NCBI GenBank assembly: GCA_047495785.1
Contig: JBLDXI010000016.1
Coordinates: 620,001-684,000, forward strand
Source of the DNA: Lepidodermella squamata
Lineage: Eukaryota; Animalia; Gastrotricha
Length of the DNA stretch: 64,000 nucleotides
Reading direction: 5' to 3'
In this document: positions 13,316-26,234 of the stretch, one piece after another
Layout of the letters: every line of letters begins with the position of its first letter
Position numbering within the stretch: the first letter of the stretch is position 1
The notes under the pieces: model-generated
Database searches by the model: none
What the model was told of the DNA's origin: nothing
The model's input: only the letters and a program-made list of their open reading frames with translations
Translations under genes and position numbers: made by a program

Positions 13316-14819
13316 CAAGCCCAGCGCTGTCGTCGAAGTTCACTGGGCTACTGGTGCTCGACCCAGACATGCCAGCGCACAGCTTCCGATCTGTGATCGG
13401 TGTCACCGAGGAATTGTATTGTACTTTGCAGGCTGCTCGATTCGATGTATTCAAAACTGTATCCTTAAGATAGGCTGATGTGCTAGTCGATGTAATTGAT
13501 GTCTGTCCTCATCCTGAAACGAGACGAAAGGTGAACAATTGAAATTTCGTAGAGGCAACCTACCCGCAACGTATACTGTCGTGCCTTCTGAATTGCAGAC
13601 GTCAGTACAGGAGATTTTTTTTACATTCCAACCCTTGCTGAAGTCGAGCGGCGTCTTCAGCCTGAGTAACGCAAAATCATAATCCATAGTTGTCAAGTTG
13701 AAGAGAGGATGCCATGTGTAGTCCTCCACATCAACGGATAAGCCTCTATCTGTTGCCGTCCATAAGCTGGCAGAGGTGCGTGATCCGACGTGAACATTGA
13801 CGCGCCATCCAGCATCCTGCCCATAGAAAGCCGCGCTTTAAAAATTCAAAATTCAAATCACCATACTCAGCCCGTTTTCACTAAACTTACTAATGAGGTC
13901 CTGCAGTTGTGAGGATATATCTATCGCTAATGATGGTTCCGGTGACGTACACCGATATTTGGGCCTTGATGAATAATAGTTGCACCTGTGCAGCCCAAGG
14001 GTAGCTAAACAAATCCTTAGAAATATGATAAGTGCAATTTCTAAGCATTCCCCTTACGTATTTATAGACGCATCTGAACCTCCAATGATGTTCGAAGAAG
14101 GCCTCATGGCGTTGTTCCATAACGACTCAGTCGCTCCACAATCTGTTATCGACGCAACATTAGCAGGCGTTGTACTTTGCGCTCGAACGGCCGGACCGTT
14201 GTTCAACTCGACGGCTTTCAGCCTCGCGGCATCACTTGAAGAAGAGGGCGAGCAGGCATCTGAGCGATTTCCAAAGATGGCAAGTATAAAGAAGGTAAGG
14301 CTCAAAAGAAGTCTGACTGATGACATTTTTATGGCTTGGATATAAAAGAATGTTGCAGCGAAAAGGATCAAAGCGAGACTGACAGGTTAGAACGCTTCAG
14401 AACTTGAACGATGTTAGGAAGTTGTTTCATCAGTTTCACTTCCTCGTGGTATTTGTTGCGTCAAAATTCACGGATGTTTTTGAGATTTATTTTTGAGATT
14501 TATTTTATTTTTGAGATATATATTTAGGCATACATGTTGGCATGAAGACGCGGGAAGCACACGTTAAATTGCGCACAGCCTGCAGCCTATACACATCGCA
14601 GCTTTGGTAATTAAAAAAACATGTAGCACGTACAAATTATATTGCTTGCCGTAAATTTCTTGCAGGCTATACTCCAATTTCTGTAGCAAGTGTCACTAAA
14701 CTTGGCAAAAAGACTTTTTACAGGTTAGATAACGAAGCTTATTTACCTAAGATGAGTAGGAAATTATTATATTTTCTTCACGAAAAAACCTTGTTATCAG
14801 AACCGTCAAGGAGTGGCTA

Positions 14820-15265
14820 ATGTTACTAGCATTCGCGGATGATACTGCTCAATTATCGCAAGATTGGGGGAAATTCAGTTAGTTATTGATATTTTTGTTG
14901 AGGCTTGTGGACGCTTGGGTTAAAAATGAATGTTCCAAATTCCAAAAACTAAATTCATGAAAGTACATGACTTTCATAAAACTGACTGCTTTTTTAAATG
15001 TACCTTTCTCTATCTACGAGCAGTTCGCTGAGGAGGTGGATCAGTTTGTTTATTATTCAGGAAGTATAATCACGTATGATGGTAGTTGTAAGGCTGATTG
15101 ACATGAGAAATCGTTTAGAAAAAGCCAACAAAGCCTTTGGCGATATGCGCGAGTGTATTTTTGGCAATCGATCCGTCTCAATCGAGGAAAAAATGAAATG
15201 TTTAAAGGGCGTTGCGGATGCGACTATTATGCATGGCCTTGTGAGGAATAGTGTTATGGAGACCA
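14820..15265 (+). mobile_element. Degenerate non-LTR retrotransposon RT 3' fragment (RTE/CR1-like)
   Basis: LLAFADDTA at ~14822, then EEVDQFVY..GS and RLEKANKAFGDM..IFGNRSVSIEEK, with frameshifts. Confidence 0.6.
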
Positions 15266-16376
15266 CACTCATGGATAAAGCTGTCTAACGTGCTGTTGAA
15301 AAACGGCGGCCCAAGCTTGAACTCTCACCTCAAACGACTGTTCGAACTTAGCCTGAACTGCGGGTACTTGCCCAGGGCATGGAAAATCGCAATAGTCGTC
15401 CCCGTCTACAAAGAGGGGAAAGACCCTGAGCTGGCTGAGTCCTACAGACCGGTCGCCCTTCTTCCTGCTATCGGAAAATGTCTCGAGTCGCTCGTGACGG
15501 AAGTTTTATTTGATTATCTCACCAGCAATGGCCTTCTTCCTGAACATCAGTTCGGTTTCTGGCGCGGAAAATGTGCCACTGACCCCAGTTTTAGGCTCGT
15601 TAATGACGTAGCTATCGCCCTGGCCCGGCACTGGAAACTCATCGCAGTAGCTCTCGACTTGGTCAAATGTCAAATGGTGCGCCCGCTGGCGCCTAATACT
15701 GCACCCGGAAAAATGCGAAACAATGATTTTTGGTTTTTATAATTCCTTACCCTCGATTCAACTTAGGTTAGGCCCGCGAAAAATCAAACAGGTTCAGCAA
15801 CTGAAGTACCTCGGTCTTCACCTCAACCCGCGACTCAGCTGGGACACCCAGTTGTCGGCAATTTCATCCAAAACCAGGCCGAGAGCCGGCATGTTACGCG
15901 GTATTATGGCTCGAAAAGTCTTGCCAACCAAGCTCGGCATTATGTTTCACAATGCGCTATCCCAAAGCATCATGACATACAGCTCACCAGCATGGGCTTG
16001 CTTACCTAGGTCGTCTCGAAACCGCTTATTCGAGATGCAAGCCAATAGCCTTCGTGCGGCACTAGACTTACCATACGACGCGGACTCGTTCGGAGTACTT
16101 TACCTGTCGGGTGTCAAGTCTATCGAAGACGTCTTCCACGACCGGCTCGTGAGCTACGGCGAAAGATGCCTCCGTTCAGGTGGTGTGATGGCTGAATACC
16201 TAAAATACGTCTGGCAATTGAGCTTTGACGACTTCGGCCGGAACATCATGCAACAGCATTCGCCGGCTTGGAACATTCGCCACTTAGCCGACTCAAACAT
16301 CACATCTTGCGAAACTAGCCCGCGCGGCTGGTTAGAATTTACGAACGACGAGGTTGGCGATATCACCCTAACTTAA
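15266..16376 (+). mobile_element. Non-LTR retrotransposon (Jockey/I-like) ORF2 fragment with a central RT deletion
   Basis: LPRAWKIAIVVPVYKEGKD..SYRPVALL..GKCLE..QFGF..ALDL, followed by KYLGLHL..LSW..IMTYSSPAW. The YADD core is missing. Confidence 0.85.
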
Positions 16377-17583
16377 TCTGTTTTTTTTCATTTGTACACA
16401 GGGGAGCAAAGCAACAACCGTAAGCCCTATTTTTACATGACGTGCGTGTCTGTCTCTTTTCCAGGCCTAGGAAAACCTTCGGAATTCTTGGAGTCTGAGC
16501 CTTGAGAGCCTTGAGCCTTTGAGCCTTGTGAACCTTGTGGGATTGTTGACCTTGGGAACGTGAGCTTTCAAAATTGATAAAGTATTAATTGCGAGCCTGT
16601 TGTAGAAAAGCCTTGGTCGCCCTTGGAAACCTGTTCGTACGTCAAAGAAACCGAAATTTCTGGCAATAAAAACAATCAATCGAAACAACATACGAGTTAT
16701 AGCGGCAAAACCGGAAAAAAATATATATTTCTTCGTCAAAAAATTCTAAAAACGAACGATAAAAAAAAATAAATAAAAAAAAAATATTTAAATATCAGTA
16801 ATGTGATGATCAATAATGTAACTTGTAACTCTGACTCATGGACCGAGAGCACCTTCGGGTGGAAGGTCGATAAACAATAAATCTAAAATTTTGCCAAAGC
16901 TGTTAACGCAAAATGGAAAATCAATAATTTGTGGATGAGGCAAAAAATCAGCAAAAAATGGTTATTTACAATTTAATACGCACCCTTTTTCAGCCACTCG
17001 CCATTACGCTCGTAAAAATTGCGTATAGACACGGCTTAAAATTAATTTTTGACATCTCGGCTAAGTCAGGCCAAGTCAGTTAAGTCTCTTCCGGGCGATA
17101 TGGCTTCTTAATTTAAAATAAATATATACATAAATAACTTCGTGAATGCTACAGAGGCGCTACAGACTAAGCATCCGTCAACGAAGCTCTATTTATAATC
17201 TCAAAACACACCCTTCGGTTTTTTTCCAAACTACTTTTATTTTGAAGTATCAATCTCGAGCTATATCTGCATTTTTCCAAATTTGCGGCCGGCCTTCTGC
17301 CTTCTGTTAATTTTCTAGAATTTTCTATTTCTTGCACATTTCCACAGTAAAATTTAATGGCTATAGTTTTTCGGTGGCGTGAATCTCAACTACTGCTGAT
17401 ATTAAGTCGTCAGAGAGGAATGACTGTACTTGCACCTTGCACGATTTTGCACGGGTTATAGTGAATTCATTACCTAAATATTTAATTTCGTACCAAAGTC
17501 ATTTAATTCAGTACCAAATCATTTAATTCATTACCAAAATGCTGAATTTCTTACCAAACCTAAAATCATTGAATTTAGTACCA

Positions 17584-17714
17584 TAATAATAATAATAATA
17601 ATGGCTTTATTTATACTCCTTACGACTAAACGTCTCTAACGGTTTCCCGTTTTGAAGGAGTGGGCATTTTACTGCCTAACACAGACACACAGGGAATCAT
17701 GCGCACACACAGGC
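17584..17714 (-). mobile_element. 131-bp 5'-truncated LINE/SINE 3' end with (ATT)n tail
   Basis: 9-bp TSD TTAGTACCA (17575-17583 and 17715-17723). On the minus strand a stem-loop is followed by AATAAA and the (ATT)n tail. Confidence 0.85.
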
Positions 17715-17849
17715 TTAGTACCAAATCTATTTAATTCTGTACCAAAACTCATTTAATTCAGTACCAACATGGGTTTAAACGAGAAATTCATTTTATTTGA
17801 TCCTTCATATTCCTACATCATCAACATCGTCGTTTTTGCTCAAAAAAGA

Positions 17850-19304
17850 TCAAATAAACTTGTCATTCGTACTCCAGCGCGGAGCCGACTCTTTTAGGCC
17901 GGCCGACTGGGTTTTTATCTTCACCCCGCTTAGTTCCACGACCACTAGTGGTAGACGAACTAGCGGTAGTGGTACTAGGCTGCTTCGAGCCTCGACCAGC
18001 CGATGCAGAGCTACTCGTTGCGGCGCTGTCTTGGCTTCGGCTGCTACGGCCAGGCTTGGAGGGACTTGGATTGCGACCTTTGCCTCCTCGACCGCGACCA
18101 CGGCTTGCCGATTCTCGACCACTGCTGGCAGCTGATGCTTGGAACTGCTTGATGTGCGACTGCCACTTGCTTTTCGAACCCGCTTCGAGGGAGAAACTGG
18201 CGATCCATCGGAATCGCACAGTGGCTGAAATGTAACGCTTGATTTCTTACGCGGCGGGTAGTCGTAGTCGTCCTCGCCCTCGCCTCCGCTCATGGGCTCG
18301 AAATCTGACTCGTCGTCGCTCTTTTTGCCGCGCTTCTTCTGGGTTTTCAGTACTTTTGCGCGGAACTTCTTGTCGATTTTCTTGACGTTTAGCACATTCG
18401 CCAGGTAAATCGCATGAATACACGGCCTTTTCTTCGACCCATCGAAGCAGGTGCACGCGATACCCCTGTCGGTCTGCTCGAGATGTAGTATTTCCTGACG
18501 ATTCTCGACATATTCCTCGAAAGTTTTCCAGGTAAGCAGCAGTCTCATTGTCGCTTTCTTCTCAAAGTCACTGAAGTCATCTTCCTCGCCTTCCGACGGC
18601 TTTGCGGCGACCAAAAAGACATCGCCCGATTTTCGCTTCTGTGTCGTAAGGAGTTTGAATCGATACGCCGCCACATACATTTTATCCGGAATTTCCGGTT
18701 CAGTCGCGAAGTCGCCATCATGAAACTGAGTGCGTTCGATTATGCCTGGAAGTCGGCCAACAATCGTACGCATGGCCACCCTTACTCGACAAGTTTCTTC
18801 CTTCTTAAATACACCGTTCTTTCCCTCCAAGCCATTGTCGGTGGTGCAAAAAGGCGTCCAACCTTCGTACCATCCCCTTAACGTTCCGTCCTGATACATT
18901 CGTTTGAAATGCACCAAGAAGTCACCCATGTAGGGTTTCTTGGACCATTTGGCGTGAAACAACTTGCACACCCTGTCGAATTCAACCGAATCGTTTGCAA
19001 GTTGAACCTGTTGTAGGTCCTTTTTCACCTGGCGCCAAAGACCCTTTCTTCGCAGTGCGATAATTCTGGTCTTGCAGACTTTTTGAACATGGAACCAGCA
19101 CATAGACCGACGAGCACGCGGGAATTCAGCTTCGGCCGCAGCAGTGATTCCCGGGCAACCGTCGCCCAGGACGAATCTGACGATATCTTCAAGCTCTTCA
19201 GGATCTTCGCGCGTTCGAACGAGCTGATAACCCTCTGCACCGGCAACCAAAAGCGGAACGTTGTCCGGATCCCGGATTATCTTGAAGGTCGCATCGGTTT
19301 GCAA
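17850..19304 (-). CDS. MULE DDE transposase with SWIM finger; N-terminus frameshifted, probably defective
   Basis: DATFK (first D), LGDG (second D), CWFH, TDNGLEGKN (E) and SWIM CTC..RPCIH. The D-D spacing looks shortened, and the upstream region 19304-19705 is broken. Confidence 0.8.
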   Translation of the reverse strand: MQTDATFKIIRDPDNVPLLVAGAEGYQLVRTREDPEELEDIVRFVLGDGCPGITAAAEAEFPRARRSMCWFHVQKVCKTRIIALRRKGLWRQVKKDLQQVQLANDSVEFDRVCKLFHAKWSKKPYMGDFLVHFKRMYQDGTLRGWYEGWTPFCTTDNGLEGKNGVFKKEETCRVRVAMRTIVGRLPGIIERTQFHDGDFATEPEIPDKMYVAAYRFKLLTTQKRKSGDVFLVAAKPSEGEEDDFSDFEKKATMRLLLTWKTFEEYVENRQEILHLEQTDRGIACTCFDGSKKRPCIHAIYLANVLNVKKIDKKFRAKVLKTQKKRGKKSDDESDFEPMSGGEGEDDYDYPPRKKSSVTFQPLCDSDGSPVSPSKRVRKASGSRTSSSSKHQLPAVVENRQAVVAVEEAKVAIQVPPSLAVAAEAKTAPQRVALHRLVEARSSLVPLPLVRLPLVVVELSGVKIKTQSAGLKESAPRWSTNDKFI

Positions 19305-20188
19305 ATTTTTCGAAAATCTGTTCAGAAACTTTTAATCTCACAAGGCTGATGCTTTCAGATTTAAAATACCTCAATTTTTTGAGCATTTTCCTGGACGAAT
19401 AACAAATCGCGAAAGGCGCGGGATCTTCTTCACCAATCTTGCTTGACAATGCAAGCGCTTGACTTGCGCTTGGCAATGAAAGCTTTGTCTTCTTCTTCTG
19501 GCCCAGGTACTTGGGAATACGGTTCGGTGATTTCCATTAGTTCGACAGAATCGGGAGTACCCACTGCTGTGACCTCTCCGGATGAATCTCGATCACAGGA
19601 AACTCATCATCGTCGATCTCGCCGAAAACCTCTCCGGATGAAGCCGAATTGCCGAAATCCTCGAATGCAACTTCTGAGCCCGCCGATGAATCAGAATCTG
19701 ACATATTCGAAAAGGAAATAATAAACCTATAACACATGTGATTTATTGGTACACAAGACGTAATTGATGTTATACAAAAGTTATGCCAAGTTCCAAAAAT
19801 ATTAAATAATCAGCTGATAAACAGCGAACATTCTTTGAAATGGAAAAAAGAAAATTTACGTTGAAAAACTTGAGAAACACCATCTGCTCACGCGCAAAAT
19901 GAAGTGGACGCGTGTCTATGGGTCAAGGTTCACCTATTAAGACTCAAGTGCTTCGAAAAATATGAATAGCACGTAGCCACAATGCTCAAGGCGATTAGGT
20001 ACTGATTTAAATGAGTTTTGGTACAGAATTAAATAGATTTGGTACTAAATTCAATGATTTTAGGTTTGGTAAGAAATTCAGCATTTTGGTAATGAATTAA
20101 ATGATTTGGTACTGAAATAAATGTTTTGGTACGAAATTAAATGAAATAGGTATTGAATTAAGATTTTCCCATTCAGATTTTATACTAA

Positions 20189-20954
20189 TTAATTGTTGGT
20201 GGGGTACGTATGGATTTTTAACGCAGTGCGATAAGTATTAGCTAAATTCAGTAATTTGTTGAGTGTTACATAATCTACAGATTTACAAGATATAATTACA
20301 GCATTAATTGCATCAATCGCATCATCATTGGATATTTCGTTGAGGCTATTATCAGTCAGTACGTTAGTGTGCCCGCAGCTCAAACACAGGTGGAAAAGCA
20401 GATCCATGACACTATTATATATTTTCGAAGATAAAGTTAAGCTAGTGCTATGTTTGTAACAAAATATGCAACGAAGTCCGAAATTTTTAACGTAACAAAA
20501 AGGTTTGTGTAGCGAGTTGGTCCGAATCATAGCTAGAGTCCTAATATTATTCAGAGACCAGAAAGCTTTTTGCGCACACGAGTAAGTCATCAATTTCGAA
20601 GGCATCATCAGTATATACTGGGTTTGAATATTCTTCTTTCAATTTAGAGATGGTATTATTTTTGTCGTTAATGACCCATATTTCATGCCATTTTGCTAGT
20701 AGCGATAAACCTTCGAATTGAGAAGTGGCTCGAAAAATCTCACCACCTCCTCCCAAACCGTCGATATCGGTTTGCAGATTTTTAAAAATATTTCGATATA
20801 GCTTTTTGTTGCCGTCGATTATATTGAACGCTGTTTTTAGAAGCACGTGTTTGTCCTCGAACTTGATTATTAAATTGATGATTAAATTATTCTCAATTAT
20901 TAAATTTCAATTAATCATGCGATCAGGTAAAATCTGTAACGAGCTTAAATAACA
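20189..20954 (-). pseudogene. Unidentified intronless coding remnant with two CxxC motifs
   Basis: ORFs 20547-20846 and 20189-20608 overlap and could join by one frameshift. The upstream frame runs to the Helitron 3' end with one TGA. It contains CIFC and CLSCGH. Confidence 0.35.
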
Positions 20955-23900
20955 CTAGAAACTACGGCGCGCCCTTAGGGCGCGCCAATGTATAGGTGTT
21001 TTTGCGTCATGTATTCCAGGTTCAAAAAGACGGAAAGTAATGCAATAAAAATATCGTAAAAACTTTATTATTTACAAATCCATAAATGGCGGAAGTAATA
21101 GGCTGAAAGAAGTTGAGCAGTCGATCGTTATACTGGGAAAACATGAGCAAGTAGTTATTTCACGGAGACGCTATACGAAAGGTGTACATTTCGAAAATTG
21201 ACGGGCACACCGTGGGAGCCGGGAAAGCAGAATCTTGAAATACGTTTCCGCAAACACCCATTTACAATATTTACCTAAACACTACATTTTGAGTGAAGTA
21301 TTTCCCAGTCGTCGGATCCTCATTAACGAAAAGATGGAGCTGGCTCGCACGTCGTGCTCGTGACAGGGCGACGTACAACTGTCCATGGGTGAAGACGCCA
21401 ACCGGAAGGTAGACACCAACAATGGACAGTGACTGACCCTGTCCATTGTTGGCGGAAATTGGCGGAAATCGCCACCCAAAACCACAGGAATTCCTGTGTA
21501 GAAAATAGGTAAATAACGTATATATCATTTTGAATAACGAACACGTACCTCCAAAAGGAAGATCACTTTTTTTAAGTCCCTAAGGGTTACGTCAATAGCC
21601 TCGAAACAATGACGATGCAACATGGGCGCCTCATCGAAGATGATCAATTCCGTTCGACGGAGGAGGTCTGCAAGAGCTGATTTTGAGTTGACGTTACACG
21701 TCGATAGCTCGTTAATGTCGAGAGGAATGCGAAAGCGGGCGTGACCCGTCCGTCCACCAGGTAACAAAGTAGCCGCTATGCCTGATGACTCACAGGCCAA
21801 TGCAACACGGCCTTGAGACCGGACATGCGCAAGCATTAGGGAGTAAGTAAATGTTTTTCCGCAGCCTCCGGGTCCTTCAAGGAACATCAACAACTGTCGG
21901 CCTGAATCAACGCTCTCAGCGACTAAATTGAATGCTGAACGCTGCTGTGCATTAAGCTTGGGCAAATCCCTGGCTAATAGCGCCTTCAAGGCTTCCGTGT
22001 CGTAGCCGGTCTCCTCAGCAATGACATGCGGGACGTGCGTTGGAGCAACAGCAAGAGGCATGTTTGGGAAGTCGCGAAGGTTCTTGCCGTTTTGCGACAG
22101 TACTTTTTGGATGTCCCATAGAGCTAAGTTGAAGAGCTCCCGGTCGGCAATTGCATGTGGGTGAGTTGCACGTTGCACGTTTGCGATGCAAAAAGTCCTC
22201 AACCATGTCGTCCTTGAACATTTCCCAAAGCCTTTCCGGCTCAGTCGGGCTGTTGAATAGGAGAATTACAGCGAAAAGTTGTCGCAACTGATTAGGATGT
22301 TTAACAGAGGCAGCTTCGCGCAGGCAAGTTTCCAGCTCCTTATCGTCTTCCAGCAATCCGAGTCTCATGCAAGCCTCCTTAAAAGAGGCATGCACAACTC
22401 CGTCAACAGTCCGCAAGTCCTCGTAGCTTTGAGGGCCAGGGACATGGTACAGTAGGAGTCTCATGTAGAAGAGTTCGCCTTGCTGAGGGGAGACCTGATA
22501 TACTCGGCCGATACTGAACCCCTGTTTACGCGAATGCCATTTGTTATCGCGAAACACATGATTTTGAGGGAAATCGGGGTATAGAACCTTGGTAGCAGCA
22601 GGGTGGTCGCGATAGTATTTGAAGAATTCGGTTAAGGTTGACGTGGGCTCCCTTTGCACAACATCAGCTAAATCAGCATTGCCCTGGAAATAAACCGCTT
22701 GTTCGTTTGGTAAATGGCAAGCCAATCGATAAACCGACGGGCTCCTGATGCAGTTCGTATTCCAAAATGCGCCAGCACGCTTCGGAGGCCGAGACATATC
22801 GAGCGTGCAAAAATCTACTGATTTCGTCATTCGGGTTAGGAATTTGGTGGACGACGTTGTATACCACTCGGTCGTGGCCTTTATAAACGTACTTGTAAAG
22901 ATACTTGACCGCCTTCACTGTGTTACACACCTCGACATTGATATGCGCGTCGTATTTGGCACTCAAGTACAAATTAAACGGTACGACCCATGAGTTGTCA
23001 ACCTTGCACTTGCGGACGTTCAGAGAAACTCCATTGTTTGGCCTCGCATACTTCGGGTAACCGTCTTCCTCGATCGAGGTTTCTGAACGAAATGGTTTCG
23101 GGTAATTCTTGGAGCATTTACCTTCGACCATACATGGCGAACTGGGATTCAAAGGGCCACAGGGGCCATGAATCATATTGGTAACCACACTTTTGAAAGC
23201 CAGCGGGTGGGTTTGTTGATTAGGAATCTGAGCTGATACAATTCGGTTGATATCATCGACAGTACGTGGCTTGTCTCCATCAGCTAAAATGAAAAGCATG
23301 TGGGCATGCGGTAACCCACTCTTCTGGAAGAAAGAAGTAACTATTAGGGATTGAAATATTTTTGGAAGAAAAGCGCTAACCTGGAACTCGATGACATGAA
23401 AATGAGCGACAACACGACCAAAGATCTGATGTTTGACGATATCTTGCATCAGTTCTTTCACTTTCGATTCAAATACTCGAGCAGTTAAATCGGGGCGGTC
23501 GGCGGCGGTTTGCATCGGCTCGCCATCTTCACCTTTCAGCAGTTCATCAGTTATCTCCCTCCATTTAGGGTTACAGGTAAAGGTAATGAATAGGTCGGGT
23601 TTACCAAAGTGACGGACCAATGCCATAGCGTCCTGGTACAATCGCACCATGTGTCGAGGGCCGCCAGTAAACGAAGAAGGTAAAATTACAGGACGACCGA
23701 CATTCAAGCCACTTTCGCCGGCTTGTACCGCATCAACTAACCCCTTGTAAATTTCAGCGCGGATGGTTTTCTGGTTATGACGAACCCATTGGAGACGACC
23801 GCTCTCGATCTTCGCATATTGATCGACCACCCATTGATGAAATAATCGGCCATAGTATTGGATTATTGGATTATTTCTCAAGTGTAAGTGAAAGCGGTAA

Positions 23901-26160
23901 AATTGTTGCATAGTCACAAACTCATCCGGTACGGCATTTCTGTATGGAATATTCAAAGAGTAACCAAGACAGCCCGTCATATGCAGTAGAACGTAGTGGA
24001 GTGGATCATATGCAGCGTGAAGCTCATTGATACTGACAACACCGCCATTTCGAAGGGTGAGTTTAATGTCACGGTTGCATTCAGCATTTTCGCCAATAAG
24101 AACTGCAAGCTCTGTGTCGCTGGTTGGTTTGTTGTAGACTCTGCGGTCTAAATTAGGCAGGGATACCAGAGCCAATTTCAATTCAGGTGAATTTTTTAAT
24201 CGTTCATAAGCATGCTTGTACACCCGAACGAAAGGATTAAGATCATGCATAGCAGCTTGCAAATCAGCTGTTATCGATGGGGACAAATCTTTCATGTGCC
24301 GCTGTCGATAATTCAACTCGTTAGCTGGATCATACGCGTAAATTTGGGCAAATGCTGGTGAATTAGGATTGGCAGGCTCCAGATCTCCATGTCTGTGGAA
24401 AATCTCGCCATTCAACCGAAACGCGTAAACACCATGCCGCCCTGCTACTGAGGCATCCAGCTTGCAGCCGACAGACGTAAAAGCGAGAGCATTATTATAG
24501 GCTCGAATGTAGACTCGAAATGTTTTCGACTCGGCATCGTTTCCCTTGAGCAGTCGCATTAAAACTGGTGGCGGTTGGTCGAGGGGTTGTAGTTGCACCT
24601 CGCCGTGTCGGCAACATGACGAAAAAATTGGACTACGCTGAGAGGAACTCTGCAATCGCTCAGAGAGCCAGAACTTAGCACCACAGTGCTGGCAGTTCAC
24701 ATCCATTCTCCCCAGGTAGCTCACTTGAGATGAGTGTATTTCGGGCCCTCCACTTCGGGCACAAAATCTTGTTGGTTTAGTGCTGGGTTTAGAGCTAATA
24801 GGTCATCTTCCTCCAGAAAAGGGGCCCAATCGAGATCAAAATTGAAATCAATTTGAGAAGACAGACTTGACTCTGCCGGCGCGTGATCACCAGTAACTAA
24901 TACATACAAACAGCGTCATTGCGATGAGTTAGCTGAAATCTGTGTAGGTTTACCTTCCTGCGTGAAGATTAAATTTCTCAATACGGTGGGGCGAAGCATA
25001 GGTCCCTGCTGGCGTATTACTGGTGTTAACCTTGCCACGGGGGGATTTGCTGAAACAATGGATATTATTATTAGTTAGCAAAGAACAACATATCATGTAA
25101 GGAGCTAACCAAATCGGAGACGGGGGACAGGTCTGGGGGTGACATTTAGTGCAGCCGGTACTTCTTGGCGTCCATCAGGAGTGAACCTGATGATCATTCC
25201 AGGTGTAACATTGACAGGAGGTGATGCATTTTGAGAAGGCACTGCGCACTGCTAATAAACGAATTCTCGGGGAGTTATCTATTGAGGAAACACAATGTTT
25301 CTCGAAAAGATTTCCATAAAGCAACTTACTTAATGCATGACGAACGGCAATTATGGGTGTAATGGGTGCTGTTAGTCGGATAGCAGGAGTACTTGTTGCA
25401 GCGGCAGATTGAACTAAAGTAGAACATGATTAGTATTGAAAATGAACCCAAAAAATGAAATCACCAACTTGGCTCCGGGTTAACAACTGGTCTTGGGGTA
25501 TTCAAAGAAATGCGGGAGATATCAGGAGTGAAAGGCAACACGTGAGCAATAGGTGCAATATCCATTGGGGTAGTTCTCCTGTTGGAACTGTTAGCCATAA
25601 CTGGAGTATCGGGGCTTTGAAGTGTCTCCTATTAAACAGAGCTATAAGAGAAAGAAAGTCGTATCGTAATGTCACGTACTTCTTCGAGATTTGCATTCCT
25701 TCGCGTGTTGAGCAACCTGTTGCGAGCTGTGCGCTGTTGTTCGTACTGCCGCCTTCTTTCAGCTTCACGTTCCTCGCGTAACCGTTCACCTGCCAAGGTT
25801 AACGGTGCACCCCTGGACTTACCAGGAGGTCTACCGCGGGGCATTGTTACAATTGGATTATTAACAACGAAACCCAACAGTGGCTACAGATAAATATGAT
25901 TAGGAGTTACAGGAGTAGGATTAGGACACGACGGTGTGCGGTAGACGACGCGTTCTTGCGGTTTCTCCTGCTGGTTTGGTAGCTGATCGTGTGTAATGAA
26001 ATCTCCCGGCATATTTGAAGGACGAAATAATTTTTTTATTTTTGTGATTATTACCTTGATAAAATAAAAATGTTTTTATTATTTTTATTTATTATCGTGG
26101 CTGAATAAGGAAGTGCGGGCTCGGGTACTAATTTTGTCCACTCGTGAATAATAGTTTAGA
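20955..26160 (-). mobile_element. Helitron with both termini, internally deleted
   Basis: 5' TCTAAACTATTATT at 26160. 3' hairpin GGCGCGCCC-TAA-GGGCGCGCC (20966-20986) followed by terminal CTAG|T at 20955. RepHel coding sequence lies inside. Confidence 0.92.
21271..25844 (-). pseudogene. Helitron RepHel (HUH Rep plus PIF1-like helicase) with introns, two frameshifts and a helicase deletion
   Basis: CQHCGAKFW..CCRHG; PDLFITFTCNPKW; IEFQ|57-nt intron|KSGLPHAH; KYLYKYVYKGHD; GPGGCGKT; IIFDEAPM; GGDFRQ abuts GQSL..FTHGQLYVALSR. Frameshifts at ~22740 and ~22180. Confidence 0.92.
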
Positions 26161-26234
26161 AGGGACATAGTCCAGTTTCAAAGCTTAATTCTATCCTTAA
26201 TCGTCTCTTGATCCAAGGCTGTCATTAAAGAAAT

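Larger units (their letters stand above)
6147..14326 (-). pseudogene. Protease family copy C, disrupted
   Basis: Exons are recognisable from ATG 14326 to stop 6147. Exon 4 is split by a solo LTR, most of exon 5 is lost at 9895, exon 3 has a small deletion, and TAAHC has become TAAQG. GDSGG is retained. Confidence 0.85.
17453..20170 (-). mobile_element. Mutator/MULE DNA transposon with ~170-bp TIRs built from AATTnnnTACCAA-like subrepeats
   Basis: The left arm 17453-17765 (interrupted by a 131-bp retro insertion) is inverted at 19997-20170, and both ends start with GGG. No TSD is visible. Confidence 0.85.

Noticed and set aside
17460-17770. CRISPR-like periodic repeats
   Set aside because: These are subrepeats of the MULE TIR, mirrored at 19997-20170, with no unique spacers and in eukaryotic context.
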